Shown here: in pieces, positions 1 through 12,939 of the stretch
Layout of the letters: each line of letters begins with the position of its first letter
How positions within the stretch are numbered: position 1 is the first letter of the stretch
Origin: Octopus vulgaris
Taxonomy: Eukaryota
NCBI GenBank assembly: GCA_951406725.2
Contig: OX597828.1
Coordinates: forward strand, 4,464,001 to 4,528,000
Direction: 5' to 3'
DNA: 64,000 nucleotides
The notes under the pieces: generated by a model
The model's database searches: none
Told to the model about the DNA's origin: nothing
What the model saw: only the letters and a program-made list of their open reading frames with translations
Translations under genes and position numbers: made by a program

Positions 1-320
1 GCAAACACCAAAGCGTGACCACTTTTTTTGTAGTAAACAATATGCAAGGACCAAAGCAGGTTCGGCTGCGTAGATAAGAAAACTGTGAAGTGTTAGGGAC
101 GAGTTTGTACCAAAGCAGCGGTTTCGTTAAAATCTTCAGAGTTTCATTTCGCCATAGACACAAAATACTCTTTGCGCATATATATGTTTGTCTGTGTGTG
201 TGTGTGTATCTATATGTATCTCTCTCTCTCCCTTCCTCCCCCTCTCTCTCTATATATATATAGGTGTGTGTGTGTGGATGTGTGTCTGTGGGTGTGTATA
301 TATATATACATATATATATA

Positions 321-550
321 TTTCTTTACTGCCCACAAGGGGCTAAACATAGAGGGGACAAACAAGGACAGACGAAAGGATAGAGTCGATTATATCGCCC
401 CCAGTGCGACACTAGTACTTTATTTATCGACCCCGAAAGGATGAAAGGCAAAGTTGACCTCGGCGGAATTTGAACTCAGAACGTAACGACAGACGAGATA
501 ACGCTAAGCATTTCACCCGGCGCGCTGACGCGTCTGCCAGCTCGCCGCCT
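321..550 (-). mobile_element. tRNA-derived SINE (Octopus-type, family 1)
   Basis: Minus strand starts GGCGGCGAGCTGGCAGA (A-box-like), then GAGTTCAAATTCC (B box), then GCCTTTCATCCTTTCGGGGTCGATAAATAAAGTAC. Related copies at ~7160-7257 and 62104-62260. Confidence 0.8.
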
Positions 551-639
551 CAAGATCTGCCGGGGTTAAACTAGTAGTAACATGGATCAGTAACCACTTT
601 CATGTAGCGATTAACTTTACTGGTGTGTATATATATATA

Positions 640-721
<82 letters not shown>

Positions 722-820
722 TATATATGTATATATATACACACACCAGTAAAGTTAATCGCTACACGAAAGTGGTTACTGATCCATGTTACTGCTAGTT
801 TAACCCCAGGCAGATCTTGA
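551..820. repeat. Inverted pair of ~78-bp repeat termini flanking a (TA)n/(CA)n microsatellite
   Basis: 551-628 (caagatctgccggggttaaactag...ctttactggtgtg) is the near-exact reverse complement of ~743-820. Confidence 0.85.
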
Positions 821-1071
821 GCAAGCTAGTTATCAGTGCGGCACTGCACCCTGTATATACATTATATATTGCTAGAAGTGGATGCGATCTCCTAACTTCT
901 CTAACAGACAAAAGGAACGCAAGACTGACTCAGTTTCGAGCTGGTTGGCTCATTCTCAGTCTCGAGATCGGTGTGGGCTTGTTACGTGTTAATATAGTTA
1001 CTACTCGCATCTATTCTTGAGATTTTACGACTAGCTATGTTGCTTATACATACATACACACATACATACAC

Positions 1072-1116
<45 letters not shown>

Positions 1117-1282
1117 CATGTATATATTTCCATACATATATATATGCATACATACATATGTATATAATTATATACATATCTATACATGTATACATATGCA
1201 TAAAGGTATATGTATATGCATATATATATGTATACACACACAGACACACAAATACACACACACACACACATATATATACATA

Positions 1283-2020
1283 CAATCTCTAACACTTCCG
1301 TCGCATTTCTTGACATTTCTGTCTGTATACACCACGTTGCTCTTACTATCTACATCCACTACAAACACAGCAACTCCCACTCCTACCTTAAATTCTCCTC
1401 CGCACACTCTACCTACACCAAGCTCTCCCCTACTCCCAATTCCACGGTCTGACCAAGCGATGCAGTGACAACCATGACTTTGAGACTCAGTCTCAACTCA
1501 TGGCTCACCACTTCATTGTTCGTGGATATCCCCTCGCCAGTATCCACATTGCCCTTGCCAGAGCACGTTCTGTGGACCATGCCTCTGCTCTTTCTTCTCG
1601 CATCCGTCCCGCCATTGCTCGTCTCCGGCTTTTCTTCATCTACCACCACTCCTCGTCCGCAGTTTCTTCCCTAAACCCACTTCCCAGTCTGAATCATTCC
1701 CCTGCTTCCGTCCACGCTGCCATACGTACCCCTACCTCTCCACCACTACCATCCTCATAGGATTCCGTCAACGTCCCTATCACATAGCTGACTCCTTTAC
1801 CCGCACTTCCAGTAACGTCATTTACTGCATCTCGTGATCTTTCTGCCCTTCTCTGTACATCGGTCAAACAGGACGCCTCTTGGCTGAGCACCTACAAGAC
1901 ATCAGATCATCTACAAGACATCCGACTTGGCAATAACAGCCCGATCTCGCACCACATCCGCTCTGCTAGTCGTTCTCTACAGCATCTATCTGTGTTGGGA
2001 CTGACTGTGTACAAGGAATC
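1283..2020 (+). pseudogene. Decayed Penelope-like retroelement fragment (RT thumb + GIY-YIG endonuclease)
   Basis: SVAFLDISV...HYKHSNSHSYLKFSSAH matches the PLE FLD/YxK...YL..S.H thumb pattern. LYIGQTGR at ~1853-1876 and HLQDIRLGNNSPISHHIRS...LSVLGL follow. Frameshifted. Confidence 0.75.
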
Positions 2021-3078
2021 GGAATGGAGCTGCTTGATGTATTCAAGTACGCCGTGATAGAATACTGCAAAGAATGCATCGCATTCAACCACACATTGCC
2101 GTCAGTATCTATATTTCCCGGAAGAGGATATTTAAGTATTCATATCAAATTACCGCGTGTTCGACACGATTTCAAGATCTCCTGTATATCTAAACTTACA
2201 CGAAGTGATAATCGCTGAGGCTGTCAGCAACATCTTATCAAAGATCTAAGACTCTACAGAAAATACTTAACACAAGGTAAGGAACAGTATGCTCATGGTT
2301 GCTTACCATTATTTACGTGTGCCTCATTCGTTGATTGTCTTTACAGTGAAAAAGTCTTTTGCATGTCAATCTCTGTTGAAAACCGTATTTTATTTTTTTT
2401 TAATTTCTTTGCGATACAAATAACAAACTTTAAAATTGCATGCGTATATACGTATAAATACAAACTCACATATATAAATATACAATTATTACTAATCAGT
2501 TCTTATGAAACAAATTGATTTGTACAGCTCGTACAGAAAACAATAACATATTTTAAATTACATTTTCAGAGATAAATTGATTTATTGTCAACATCACTTA
2601 TAATATAAAAGCGACAATTTGTTAAATATTTCTTTCATGATAAATATAAGCGTTGCACTCAATTGAAAATGTAGAAAAGCAATTTATTTTGTTTCCCATC
2701 CGCAGGTTATATATAATCATGTTGTAGGGGCTTTGAACATCCGCATGAACACAACTGAGTAAGAGATGGGCAGAGAAAGAAGGGGAAGTAGGGGAGAGAA
2801 AAAGAAAAGACAGAGAGACCAAAATTTTGAACATAAAATGTAGGTGAGCGACATCTACAGATCTAGAAGGCACGCTATGTATTTTATTTTAACAAGTAAC
2901 AGTGTATCATTACTAACGCCCCCAACATGCTTAAATGACGACAATTAGGGAAATAGTTCAATATTTTAAGGAACATATGCAAAATAGTATTTTATTGTTT
3001 ATTTGCATGTTTAAATGCACGCGCACACGCAGACATATTAAAAGAGAACATAGAAATATAAAAATGTACCGAATACAT

Positions 3079-3478
3079 AGGCCCAGGAGTGGCTGTGTGG
3101 TAAGTAGCTTGCTTACTAACCACACAGTTCTGCGAGGCACCTTGGGCATATGTCTTCTACTATAGCCTCGGGCCGACCAAAGCCTTGTGAGTGGATTTGG
3201 TAGAGGGAAACTGAAAGAAGCCCATCGTATATATATATATATGCATGTGTGTGTGTGTTTGTGTGTCTGTGTTTGTCCCCCCGCCCAACATCGCTTGACA
3301 ACCGATGCTGGTATGTTTACGTCCCCGTTATATAGCGGTTCGGCAAAAGAGACTGATAGAATAAGTACTAGGCTTACAAAGAATAAGTCCTGGGGTCGAT
3401 TTGCTCGACTAAAAAGCGGTGCTCCAGCATGGCCGCAGTCAAATGACTGAAATAAGTAAGAGAGTAAAAAGAGAGTAA
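3079..3478 (+). mobile_element. tRNA-derived SINE (Octopus OR-like, family 2)
   Basis: Head GGAGTGGCTGTGTGGTAAG, internal (TA)/(TG) tract, conserved tail GCTCCAGCATGGCCGCAGTCAAATGACTGAAA...AAGAG. Many copies in the window. Confidence 0.85.
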
Positions 3479-3914
3479 TAGTCAATTTTGTTTTAATTGT
3501 GCGGAGGTGTGGAGCATCTGCTGACAGATTTTATGTGACCTAGATATAATTCAGGCCAGCGATTCGAATTTGCATTCATGATAAATCGAAGATACGGAAC
3601 CTCCGTATCCTCGATGGCTGTAAATAAGTGTGAAACGATATGTGTTGCTTTCGTTCATACTCGCGACAACATACGTCCCTGGATTTGTAGTATACAGTGC
3701 CTTTTTAACACTCTATATCCTTAACCGATATTTTTGTGAGGGCAGACTTATATTACCAGAATTAGCCTGAAAGACCCGGGCTTTTATTAGAGGCCCGCAA
3801 AGATTTTTAAGTCACGTAAGGCCGAATCAAACTGTTTTAAATAAAACATGTAGCACCTACTACATGTGTTGAGTGCTTTCTCTTTCGTTTGTCCTCTCAC
3901 TCGTATTATTTTCT

Positions 3915-4110
3915 TCTTTTCTTTTTTTCATTTGTTTCAGTCATTTGACTGCGACCATGCTGGAGCAACGCCTTTAGTCGAACAAATCGACCCCAGGACG
4001 TATTCGTTGTAAGCCTAATACTTATACTATCGATATATTTTGTCAAACTGCTAAGTTACGGGGACGTAAACTCATTAACACCGGTTGTCAAGTGATGGTG
4101 GGGTAAGAAA
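3915..4110 (-). mobile_element. SINE family 2, 3' half
   Basis: Reverse complement of the family-2 tail (tttcagtcatttgactgcgaccatgctggagc...). Confidence 0.75.
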
Positions 4111-4224
4111 AACAGATAGAAATATATATATATATATTTTTTCTTTTTCTCTTTTTGTTTCAGCGCAGAGCTGCGGCCATGCTGATGCACCGCCGTTTGT
4201 ATATATATATATATATATATATAA

Positions 4225-6913
4225 ATCACCTCCCGGACGACGTTATTCTCAACTAAGAGCTAATACGGCCTTTTTGGATTATCGCCTAACATCGGTTGAG
4301 GACTCTCACACACAGAAGAATTTAATATGGATGCATATCACATAGATTATTCTATGAAAAATATACCGATCCCATCAAATGAATTTTACTCTAAGAAACT
4401 TCTACAGAAAATTACTGATCTAATTAAGCGTATGAGATGGAAGGCTTTCTTTTTTGATACAGAAGCGGACACCACGGAAAACATTTACTATCGTATAAAA
4501 TCCAAAAAATTCCCTCCCAGGATTAAGGGCTTGGAAGATTTCGAAGCGGACCTGCTGAAAATTATGAGCAAAATAAAATTTCGTAAGTCATTTAACGATT
4601 TTCAACATAAATTAAAAAAAGATATTAAACATATAAAAAGCTCCAAGAAAAAAGCACTTTTTTCGGATAAAACCAAGAACTTATACCTGGTAGTTAACAG
4701 CAAATACACACAACAGCATCATTAATAATTATACTAAGGCTAGGACACAGACATATACCGAAATTAATAAAGAAGCTAGCGTCATCGCCGCTAAACTTAA
4801 ATTAGATAAAAAAAAATAGAAGCCCTCCCCCAAAAAGAGGCCTTTGTTACTATTAAAGATCACAAAGAAAACCTCCTTTCCAACCCTAAATGTAGGCTTA
4901 TCAACCCAGCCAAGTCAGAACTTGGGATTATTAGTAAAGAAATTTTAGATAAAATAAATACGAAAATTAAGACCGATACTAGGCTAGTACAATGGTCCAA
5001 TAGTATGGAAGTCGTAGACTGGTTTAAAGCTATTAAGAATAAGAAAAAAGTGAGGTTTACACAATTCGATATTGTTGATTTTTATGCCTCTATCTCTAAA
5101 GAACTGCTAGATAAAACCCTCATCTTCGCTAGCGACTTCATAGAAATTAGTACCAATGATAAGGACATAATCTTCCATGCTAGAAAGACATTACTTTTCA
5201 GTGAGAACGCAAAGTGGGTAAAAAACACCGACACAGAGGGCGCTTTCGATGTGAGCATGGGTTCATATGATGGGGCAGGCATCTGTGATCTAATTGGACT
5301 TTTTCTCCTAGATACCTTAGGTAAGACATTCCCTAACGTACATTTCGCCATCTACAAAGATGATGCCCTCGCCTTAACAGCTAATACAAATGGACCAGCA
5401 CAAGATCGTTTTAGGAAGGATATTATCCAGTTAATGAAATACTTCGGACTTAGTATAACTATAGATACTAACCTGAGGGTTGTCAATTTCTTAGAGGTTT
5501 CCTTAGATCTTAATAAGAATATTTATAAGCCTTATAGAAAGCCCAATGATAGACTAAGTTATATTAATGTAGGTTCATGCCATCCCCCTATAGTATTTAA
5601 AAATTTAGTTTAAAATATTAGTAAGAGGATTTCTAGCCTCTCCTCTGATAAGGACATCTTCAATAGCGTTGCCCCAGTTTATAATAAGGTTTTAGCGTGT
5701 ATAATTTATATATATATATATATAATTTATATATATATGTATAATTTATATATATATAAAGGATGGGTGACAAGAATGTAGAGTAAGTGTAGAAGCGAAA
5801 AAACACATTAGTGCGTTCCGGATTCTTAAAATGGTTTTAGCGAAAAAATAAAATATACACCTATCACTAACCCAACAGTAAGGAAAAGGAATAATAGAAA
5901 TAGGAAGGTTATCTGGTTTACGCCCCCTTACTCACCCGAGGTGGCCTTCAATATAGGTAAATATTTCCTAGCACTGATAGATAGACATTTTCCAGTTAAC
6001 CATACTTATAGGAAACTCTTCAATAGACACAATTTAAAAATTAGTTTTAGTTCAACTACCAATTTTAAAAACATAATCAAACATAACATACAAAAAACAC
6101 AACAAGAAAACAGCTGTTCGTGTAGGAATAAAGAATTGTGCCCGCTAAATGGAGCTTGCATGTCCAAGACCATCATATATGAAGCTACCGTAAACTCTAT
6201 AACCACTAAAGACACCGTTTCGACGAAGAAATACGTGGGCCTTACAGAGGGTAATTTCAAGGCCAGGTTCAATAACCACACTTTGAGCTTTAGGCACTGG
6301 AACAAAAGAAAAGCGACACAATTATCTAATCATATTTGGTCTTTAAGAGATAAAGGTGTCGATTATAACATACAATGGAAGATTTTGGCCAGATGTAAGC
6401 CCTATACCAACGGCAGCGGAAGGTGCGGTCTATGCGACATGGAGAGATGGCTTATCTGGAAAAGCAGCTTAGACCCTACTACATGTCTAAATACAAGGAC
6501 AGAACTTTTCGGATCATGCCCATATGTGACTAAATTTCTGTTACGTTTTTGGTCCCCTAAAGAAAACAGATAGAACATGCTTTCTATGTTATGTCCCAAG
6601 AAGATTTTATATATTTTTAATATTTTTATATATTTTTTATGTATTTTTATATAAATTTTTATGACGAAAAATGCGAGCGATGTATAAGTACGCAGGCAAG
6701 CAGAGTTATAACACAGTAATTTCCCTTTATTGAACGGTATTTTTTCATAGCGTTTTCAAATAGCCAGATAACCGAAGAGACGGTGTTGTGGAATTCCACT
6801 TCGGCAACTGAAACTAGCAAAAATGCTAGTTCTAAAATCTCTCCCAATGATCAACGCAGTAGTTCGTAGTAATTCGTAGCCAATTTAACATGGCTTTCCT
6901 TTCAAGCGGTCTC

Positions 6914-6917
<4 letters not shown>
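4225..6917 (+). mobile_element. Penelope-like retroelement, near full length, pseudogenised (possibly Nematis-like)
   Basis: ORFs 4327-4725, 5005-5613 and 5941-6573. RT motifs FDIVDFYASI, MGSYDGA, IYKDDAL, VNFLEV, YRKPND...SCHPP. C-terminal SCSCR..CPLNGAC, IIYEATV...YVGLTE..FKARFNNH (GIY-YIG) and CGLCDME. Flanked by (TA)n on both sides. Confidence 0.9.
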
Positions 6918-6951
<34 letters not shown>

Positions 6952-7257
6952 GATGGGTGACAAGAATGTAGAGTAAGTCTAGAAGCGAAAATACACATTA
7001 GTGTGTTCCGGATTCTTAAAATGAAACCTCTGAATCGAGGTAAACTATTCCACTAGAACAATAGTTGGCTATAATAAATATATAACCCCAGTTGATAGTA
7101 AAAAGACAATAAATAGCCAAGCAAATGTATATGCCATTAAGTCCTTTCTGTTAAAGGCACAAGGTCTGAAATTTTTGCTCCTCAACTGGTACTTATCTTA
7201 TCACACCCGAAAAGAAGAAACGCGATGCCGACTTCGGTGGAACTTGAACTTAGAATA

Positions 7258-7671
7258 GGCGCAGGAGTGGCTGTGTGGTAAGTAGCATGCTTACCAACCA
7301 CATGGTTCCGGGTTCAGTCCCACTGCGTAGCACCTTGGGCAAGTGTCTTCTACTATAGCCTCGGGCCGGCCAAAGCCTTGTGAGTGGATTTGGTAGACGG
7401 AAACTGAAAGAAGCCCGTCGTATATATGCATATAAATATATATATATGTATGTATGTGTCTGTGTGTTTGTGTTTATGTCCCTCCAACATTGCTTGACAA
7501 CCGATGCTGGTGTGTTTATGCTGGTGTGTAACTTAGCGGTTCGGCAAAAAGGCCGATAGAATAAGTACTAGGCTTACAAAGAGTAAGTCCTGGGTTCCAC
7601 TTGCTCGACTAAAGGCGGTGCTCCTGGATGGTTGTAGTTAAATGACTGAAACAAGTAAAAGAGTAAAAGAG
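7258..7671 (+). mobile_element. SINE family 2, full length
   Basis: A box TGGCTGTGTGG, B box GGTTCAGTCC, same body and tail as 3079-3478. Confidence 0.88.
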
Positions 7672-8449
7672 GGAGTTACAAAATAATACACATTTCGTCC
7701 GACGTAGTAATTAGCCTGCCCATTTACTGTTGTATATTTGTCATCAGATCATTTATAAAAGATGTTACATGAATACTTTTGTCGAATCGGCTCGTTAATG
7801 TATGACCCAAGCAGGCGTACATACCGAAACAATAATGCTCGTTAAAAATAATTAGGAAATGTTATAAATACATGACATTATAAGTTAAGACGGTCACACA
7901 CACATAAACACACACATATACATACACACACACTCTCACACACAAACGTTTGTATCTCTTTACCTTGTGTGTTGCGAGTGAGAGAGGAAGAGAAAGAAAA
8001 TGTATCACGTTGGTAAAGTTTGTGAATAAAATATTGTCGTCCGTTTTCGATGAATACGCAATTGACGTACAGAAACTTAAGAAGATTGCAGAAAATTTCT
8101 TGGCTTTAAGGGTATCACGACAGGCCTGGTTGGAGGCCTAACTTTCTGAATTCTTCTACAGGGCTTAGAAAAACAGGAGACCCGCTGCAGTAATCGTATG
8201 AATGTGATAGAGGATTATGTTGAATAAAATCATAATTAACTGATCCTCGTGTATTTTCTTTTACTCGAAACAAGGAACTTGTCAGCACCTGCTGGTAATT
8301 CTATTCGTAGTTGCGTACAATACTATGGAGTTACGTAGAATACGTATAATAAATTACTTATTATGGCTTCTTGCCCTTGACTGAAATGTCTCAATTGTAA
8401 ATGTTTGTAATTTTTACATGCTCCAAAGGAGATCTGTATGTCTATATAG

Positions 8450-8640
8450 AGAGAGTTTACGAAAAAAAAAACAAAAGACGAAGACAGGTGGTGTACAAAT
8501 TAGTATAGCGCTCAGGAATAGAAAAAAGTCTTACGTTTCGAGCTTACGCTCTTCTACAGATAGGGACACAGAACAAATAAGGAGAGAAACAAGGAAAGAA
8601 AAAAGGTGTGTAGTGGCTAACGATCTATCATGGCGTCTGA
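8450..8640 (-). repeat. PLE pseudo-LTR-like repeat with variant hammerhead core
   Basis: Homologous to 31320-31515 and 58460-58668. Minus strand reads CTGTAGA-A-GAGC-GTAA-GCTC-GAAACGTA. Confidence 0.6.
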
Positions 8641-10374
8641 ATGTCTATGTATTGATATATACAGAGACTTTAAATGTGACTGGTAAGTCATCTGTTTAGC
8701 AAATTCTTGTAATAATAAGGCCAGAAATTTTGTTGAATGATATTCTGTTGGTTATTTCGTTCCCATTATCATATTTCCAAATTCTCTTTTAGGTGTACTT
8801 CATGAAGATTTTCATAAAGTATGCAGATACGACTGCTTCAAATTCATTATAAATCGCTGTTACGTTTTCTACCTTGTGAAAATATATATTTCTGAAGAAA
8901 AGATATAATTCAATAATTTATTTTGAATCTTCTGTGAGAGTATTAAATCCATTGAAAAGTGTTTTAGAATTAGCTTTATTATAACGCTCCCAACATTATT
9001 TTTAAATAATTGACAATACGTAATAGCCATAAATTACACTTTCTTTTAATACTATTCATTCATTCGTTATAATATTTCGTGAACTTTCTTTGGAATATAT
9101 ATTCGTAATAATAGACATTTTAAAGTATGAAATATTTATGTACAATAGAATTTTCGCAGAGATATTTTCTGTTCTATACTAGATAATGTGACCGACATTC
9201 ATGTGGCAAAACAAGCTTTACAGACGATAATTCATTCACATAAGTGTTACAATCTCCACCTATGCAGGGAGTTTCTGCATCATTTTTTTCTACTTTTGTT
9301 GTAATTTCTATCTACGTTCTGCGTTAATAATTCTACAAATTTATGATTATCGCAAACGCTCATTCTTCTTATCAACAGCAATATGATATTTCTCTAAAGT
9401 GAGTTGCACAGAATAGATGCCCATATATTAATCATCTAACAACCTACTCGAATCTAACAATATTAAAGCAAAACTGAAGGTCTCGGTCTACTGGAAAATA
9501 ATTTTCAAATGACATGATCTTGCACCATCATCTATAAAACCAGTCTATCTTTTAAATCTCTCTCTCTATTTTCAGACTGGTTGCAGATAAAGCGTAAAAA
9601 AAAAGAACAACAGCAACACCTTTTTTGGGTTGGCGACTTCGGAATCGCGTCGCAATGTTTGCTTAGCTTTAGTCCTTAATTGAATAATTTTGTCAGGCTG
9701 AAACATTTTCATAGTATAAGCGACCTCTTTAACTGTTGATCATAAATCCAACAGCTAATGAGATTTTTTAAAAAATGGTGAATATGAAGAAATAAAAAAG
9801 TGAATAAATCCAGGTAAAAATACATAAAGCGGTATTTAGTGTTCTCTATTCTATTAAATATCGACTGAATAAATTTTGAAATGTAATTATTATTCTGTCG
9901 AATGCAAATCCTCCAAGGGATTTGTGTTCGACAGTTCAAAATAATGAAATACACGCTAATTAGGTAGACCCTTCATTTCCTTTTTTCCGAAATTTCTGAA
10001 ACAAGAAGGTGATTTCACAGCATGTGTACGGAGATTTTCTGGGTTTAAATTTTGCAGTAAAAAACAAAACTGCGAAATCAATGCTATGGCAAAAACCAGT
10101 ATTTTAATAATTTTTGTAGACAAGTATGTGGTGTATCTCAAGAGATTTTATTCAAATGAATTATTCGGAATACATGATAAGCTAAGCGTGGACTTACGAC
10201 AGACGCCAACATAAATTTTGCGCATAAATATTATCGATACCTATCTCTACAACAAAAATACGAGAAAGCATATAAAGAGGGGGAGAAAGAAAATAAGGAT
10301 AAATGATAGTCACTTTGCATATTTCCTTGAGAAAATTCTGAATGAAAACAGTAACTTCACCTCATTTTCTCACG

Positions 10375-10409
<35 letters not shown>

Positions 10410-10472
10410 TGTATGTATGTATGTATGTATGTATGTATGTATGTATGTATGTATGCTGGTATGTATGCATGT

Positions 10473-11350
10473 ATACATATAACGGCGTACACCTTTGCTC
10501 ACCTCATAGTAAGTTTTCTTTTCTCGCCTTTTTCAAGCCTAGCCAGGCTCATGGGCCCGGTTTCCCGGTTTCTGCGGCGTATGTGTTTCCCCCAGCTGAA
10601 CGGGACTCAGTCAATCGCAGCGTTACTCAAGAAACAGGAAGAGAGAGTGAGAGAAAGTTGTGGCGAAAGAGTACAACAGGGGTCACCACCACCCCCTGCC
10701 TGAGCCTCGTGGAGCTTTTAGGTGTTTTCGCTCAATAAACACGCTCAACGTCGGTCTGGGAATGAAACCGCGATCATCCGACCGCAAGTCCGCTGCCCTA
10801 ACCACTGGGCCTTTGTGCCTCCACCATATAGAAAATATGTATCTAAATTTTTGTACGATTATTTTACTGTATTTTAGTCCCCCTCATACTTTCTCTCTCT
10901 TTTGTTTTTCTCGCTCCCCCTCTCTGACATTTCTTGGCCCTCGCATTCTTTAACTCCCACTTTTCATCCTCGTTTATTTTCCCTTTATCTCTTTGATCTT
11001 TTATTAATCCTAAATCCCACTGCTCCTGCCCCTCCTTCCACGTGACCAGTGTAAATCCAGTCATGATCTCTCTTTCTTGCCCTGACTGCTACCCATCAAA
11101 ACCTTTTATGTCCTTCTCCTATGTTCCTGTCTTTAGATCGAACAGTCTCAAGTATAACAACCTGAAACTGTGAGAACGTCTGTAACTTGACTGACGAAAG
11201 AAGGCCGCGAATACAAGCCCATTTTTCCTCTCCTTCTAATTACTTTTCATGTCTGCCTTTTGTTGTCCGCTATGGCGTTTTTATTCCTATGTTTTATATT
11301 TATATATACATATAACGGCGTACGTACACCTTTGCTCACTTTCTAGTAAG
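10473..11350 (+). mobile_element. Non-coding terminally redundant element (family B) with internal SINE insertion
   Basis: A ~40-bp direct repeat (tatacatataacggcgtac...cctttgctcac...tagtaag) lies at ~10473-10514 and ~11306-11350. Pyrimidine-rich body; structured motif at 11135-11230. Confidence 0.6.
10660..10825 (-). mobile_element. tRNA-derived SINE (family 3)
   Basis: Minus strand GTGGAGGCACAAAGGCCCAGTGGTTAGGGCAGCGGAC...GGTTTCATTCCC. A better-preserved copy is at 55695-55861. Confidence 0.75.
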
Positions 11351-11421
11351 AGTAAATACATACGTGCTCCAGCATGGCCACAGTCAAATGACTGAAAGAA
11401 GTAAAAGAGTAAAGAGTATAC

Positions 11422-11453
<32 letters not shown>

Positions 11454-11488
11454 ATATATATACATACCGTATATATAGAATATATATA

Positions 11489-11680
11489 GGGGGGAAAAGG
11501 GGCCTGTATTCGCGGCCTTCTTTCGTCAGTCAAGTTACAGATGTTCTTACAGTTTCAGGCTGTTACACTTGAGACTGTTCGATCTGGTAATTCCCAAAAA
11601 AGTTTAAGCTAAGAGCATTAGATTAGATTTTTTTGTAAGAAAGCTAACGAATATGTCAGACAACAAAGGCAAATGCGGAG
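11489..11680 (-). repeat. Inverted second copy of the family B terminal motif
   Basis: 11489-11585 is the reverse complement of 11135-11230 with few mismatches. Confidence 0.8.
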
Positions 11681-11730
11681 AACATGGTATTATAAATACA
11701 AACAACATAAATATTACAACATAAATTTTA

Positions 11731-11768
<38 letters not shown>

Positions 11769-11974
11769 CATATTATATTAATTATATTTATATTATTTGT
11801 TATTTATGTATTGGTTTATGTCTATCACTGTTTGAGTTGCCTAATAGTGGTTTTATCTCTAATTCATATACATATACATATCCTATATATATATATACAC
11901 TATGCATATATACACACAGAACACACACACACACACACACACATACATATATATTACTACATCTTTCTATAATT

Positions 11975-12163
11975 TCATGTATTTGTTTTAGTCATGTGAC
12001 AGCGGCGATGCTGGAGCACCGCTTTTAATCAAAGAAATCGTCCCCAGGACTTATTCTTTTGATCTCTTTTGCCGAATTGCTAAATTACGGGGACGTAAAC
12101 GCACCAACATCGATTGTCCAGCGATGGTGGGGGAAAGACACAACACACAAACTTACACGCACA

Positions 12164-12258
<95 letters not shown>

Positions 12259-12405
12259 GACGGGCTTCTTTCAGTTTCTGTCTACCAAATCCACTCACTA
12301 GGTCGGCCCTAGGCAAAGACAAGTGCCCAAGGTACCACACAGTGGTACTGAATCCGGAACCGTGTGGTTAGCAAGCAAGGTACTTACAGCCACTCCTACG
12401 CCTAT
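11975..12405 (-). mobile_element. SINE family 2
   Basis: Reverse complement of head (acagccactcctacgcct) and tail (gtcatgtgacagcggcgatgctggagc). Confidence 0.8.
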
Positions 12406-12422
12406 AAAGAAGAAATGGAATG

Positions 12423-12498
12423 GAGTCCCACATGTAAGTAATAACTAGGCTCGATGTTGCTTAACTTCCCAGATCCGACGAAAACCGGTGCTTTCACT
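12423..12498 (-). pseudogene. 5S rRNA-derived fragment (truncated pseudogene)
   Basis: Minus strand TGAAAGCACCGGTTTTCGTCGGATCTGGGAAGTTAAGCAACATCGAGCCTAGTTATTACTT matches the central part of metazoan 5S rRNA, including box A AGTTAAGCAAC. Box C is degenerate and both ends are missing. Confidence 0.8.
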
Positions 12499-12499
12499 C

Positions 12500-12705
12500 C
12501 TCCAGTGTTATCCAAGGGAAAGGCAAAGGGCCGATGCATCTTCGCACCTGTGACGTCACAACTCATTTCTGCAGCTGAGTGTACTGCAGAAACGTGAAAT
12601 AAAGTGTCTTGCTCAAGAACTCAACACGAAGACCGGTCCGGGATTCGAAATCACAACCTCGCGATCGTCAGCTCGACGCTCTAACCACTGAGTCATGCTT
12701 CTCAC
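12500..12705 (-). mobile_element. tRNA-derived SINE (family 4-related)
   Basis: Minus strand TGACTCAGTGGTTAGAGCG...GATTTCGAATCCC, then GTTCTTGAGCAAGACACTTTATTTCACG. Confidence 0.7.
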
Positions 12706-12717
12706 AAAATACATATG

Positions 12718-12764
<47 letters not shown>

Positions 12765-12850
12765 TTATGCACAATATATCAGCATATGAATATGCATATA
12801 TATATTTTATGTATATATATATATATATAATTATATATATTGTATATATA

Positions 12851-12891
<41 letters not shown>

Positions 12892-12939
12892 CTTTAAACA
12901 ACTATATTTTAACTTTATACAATAAGACAATATTTTTTG

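Noticed and set aside
172-1468. Many ORFs rich in YI/HT/CV repeats (here and throughout the window)
   Set aside because: Translations of (TA)n, (CA)n and (TATG)n microsatellites, which lack stop codons. Only the non-repetitive tail of ORF 1210-1452 is a real PLE remnant.
3550-3685. GAAACG...CGTC long helix with upstream hairpin TCGAAGATACGGA/TCCGTATCCTCGA
   Set aside because: The expected CTGANGA position reads CCAGCGA; too degenerate to call a hammerhead from one copy.
5688-5842. Apparent 10-bp TSD GGTTTTAGCG around the insertion in the Penelope ORF
   Set aside because: Both copies fit the native coding sequence (KVLA and GFSE) in different frames, so this is probably coincidence or microhomology rather than a TSD.
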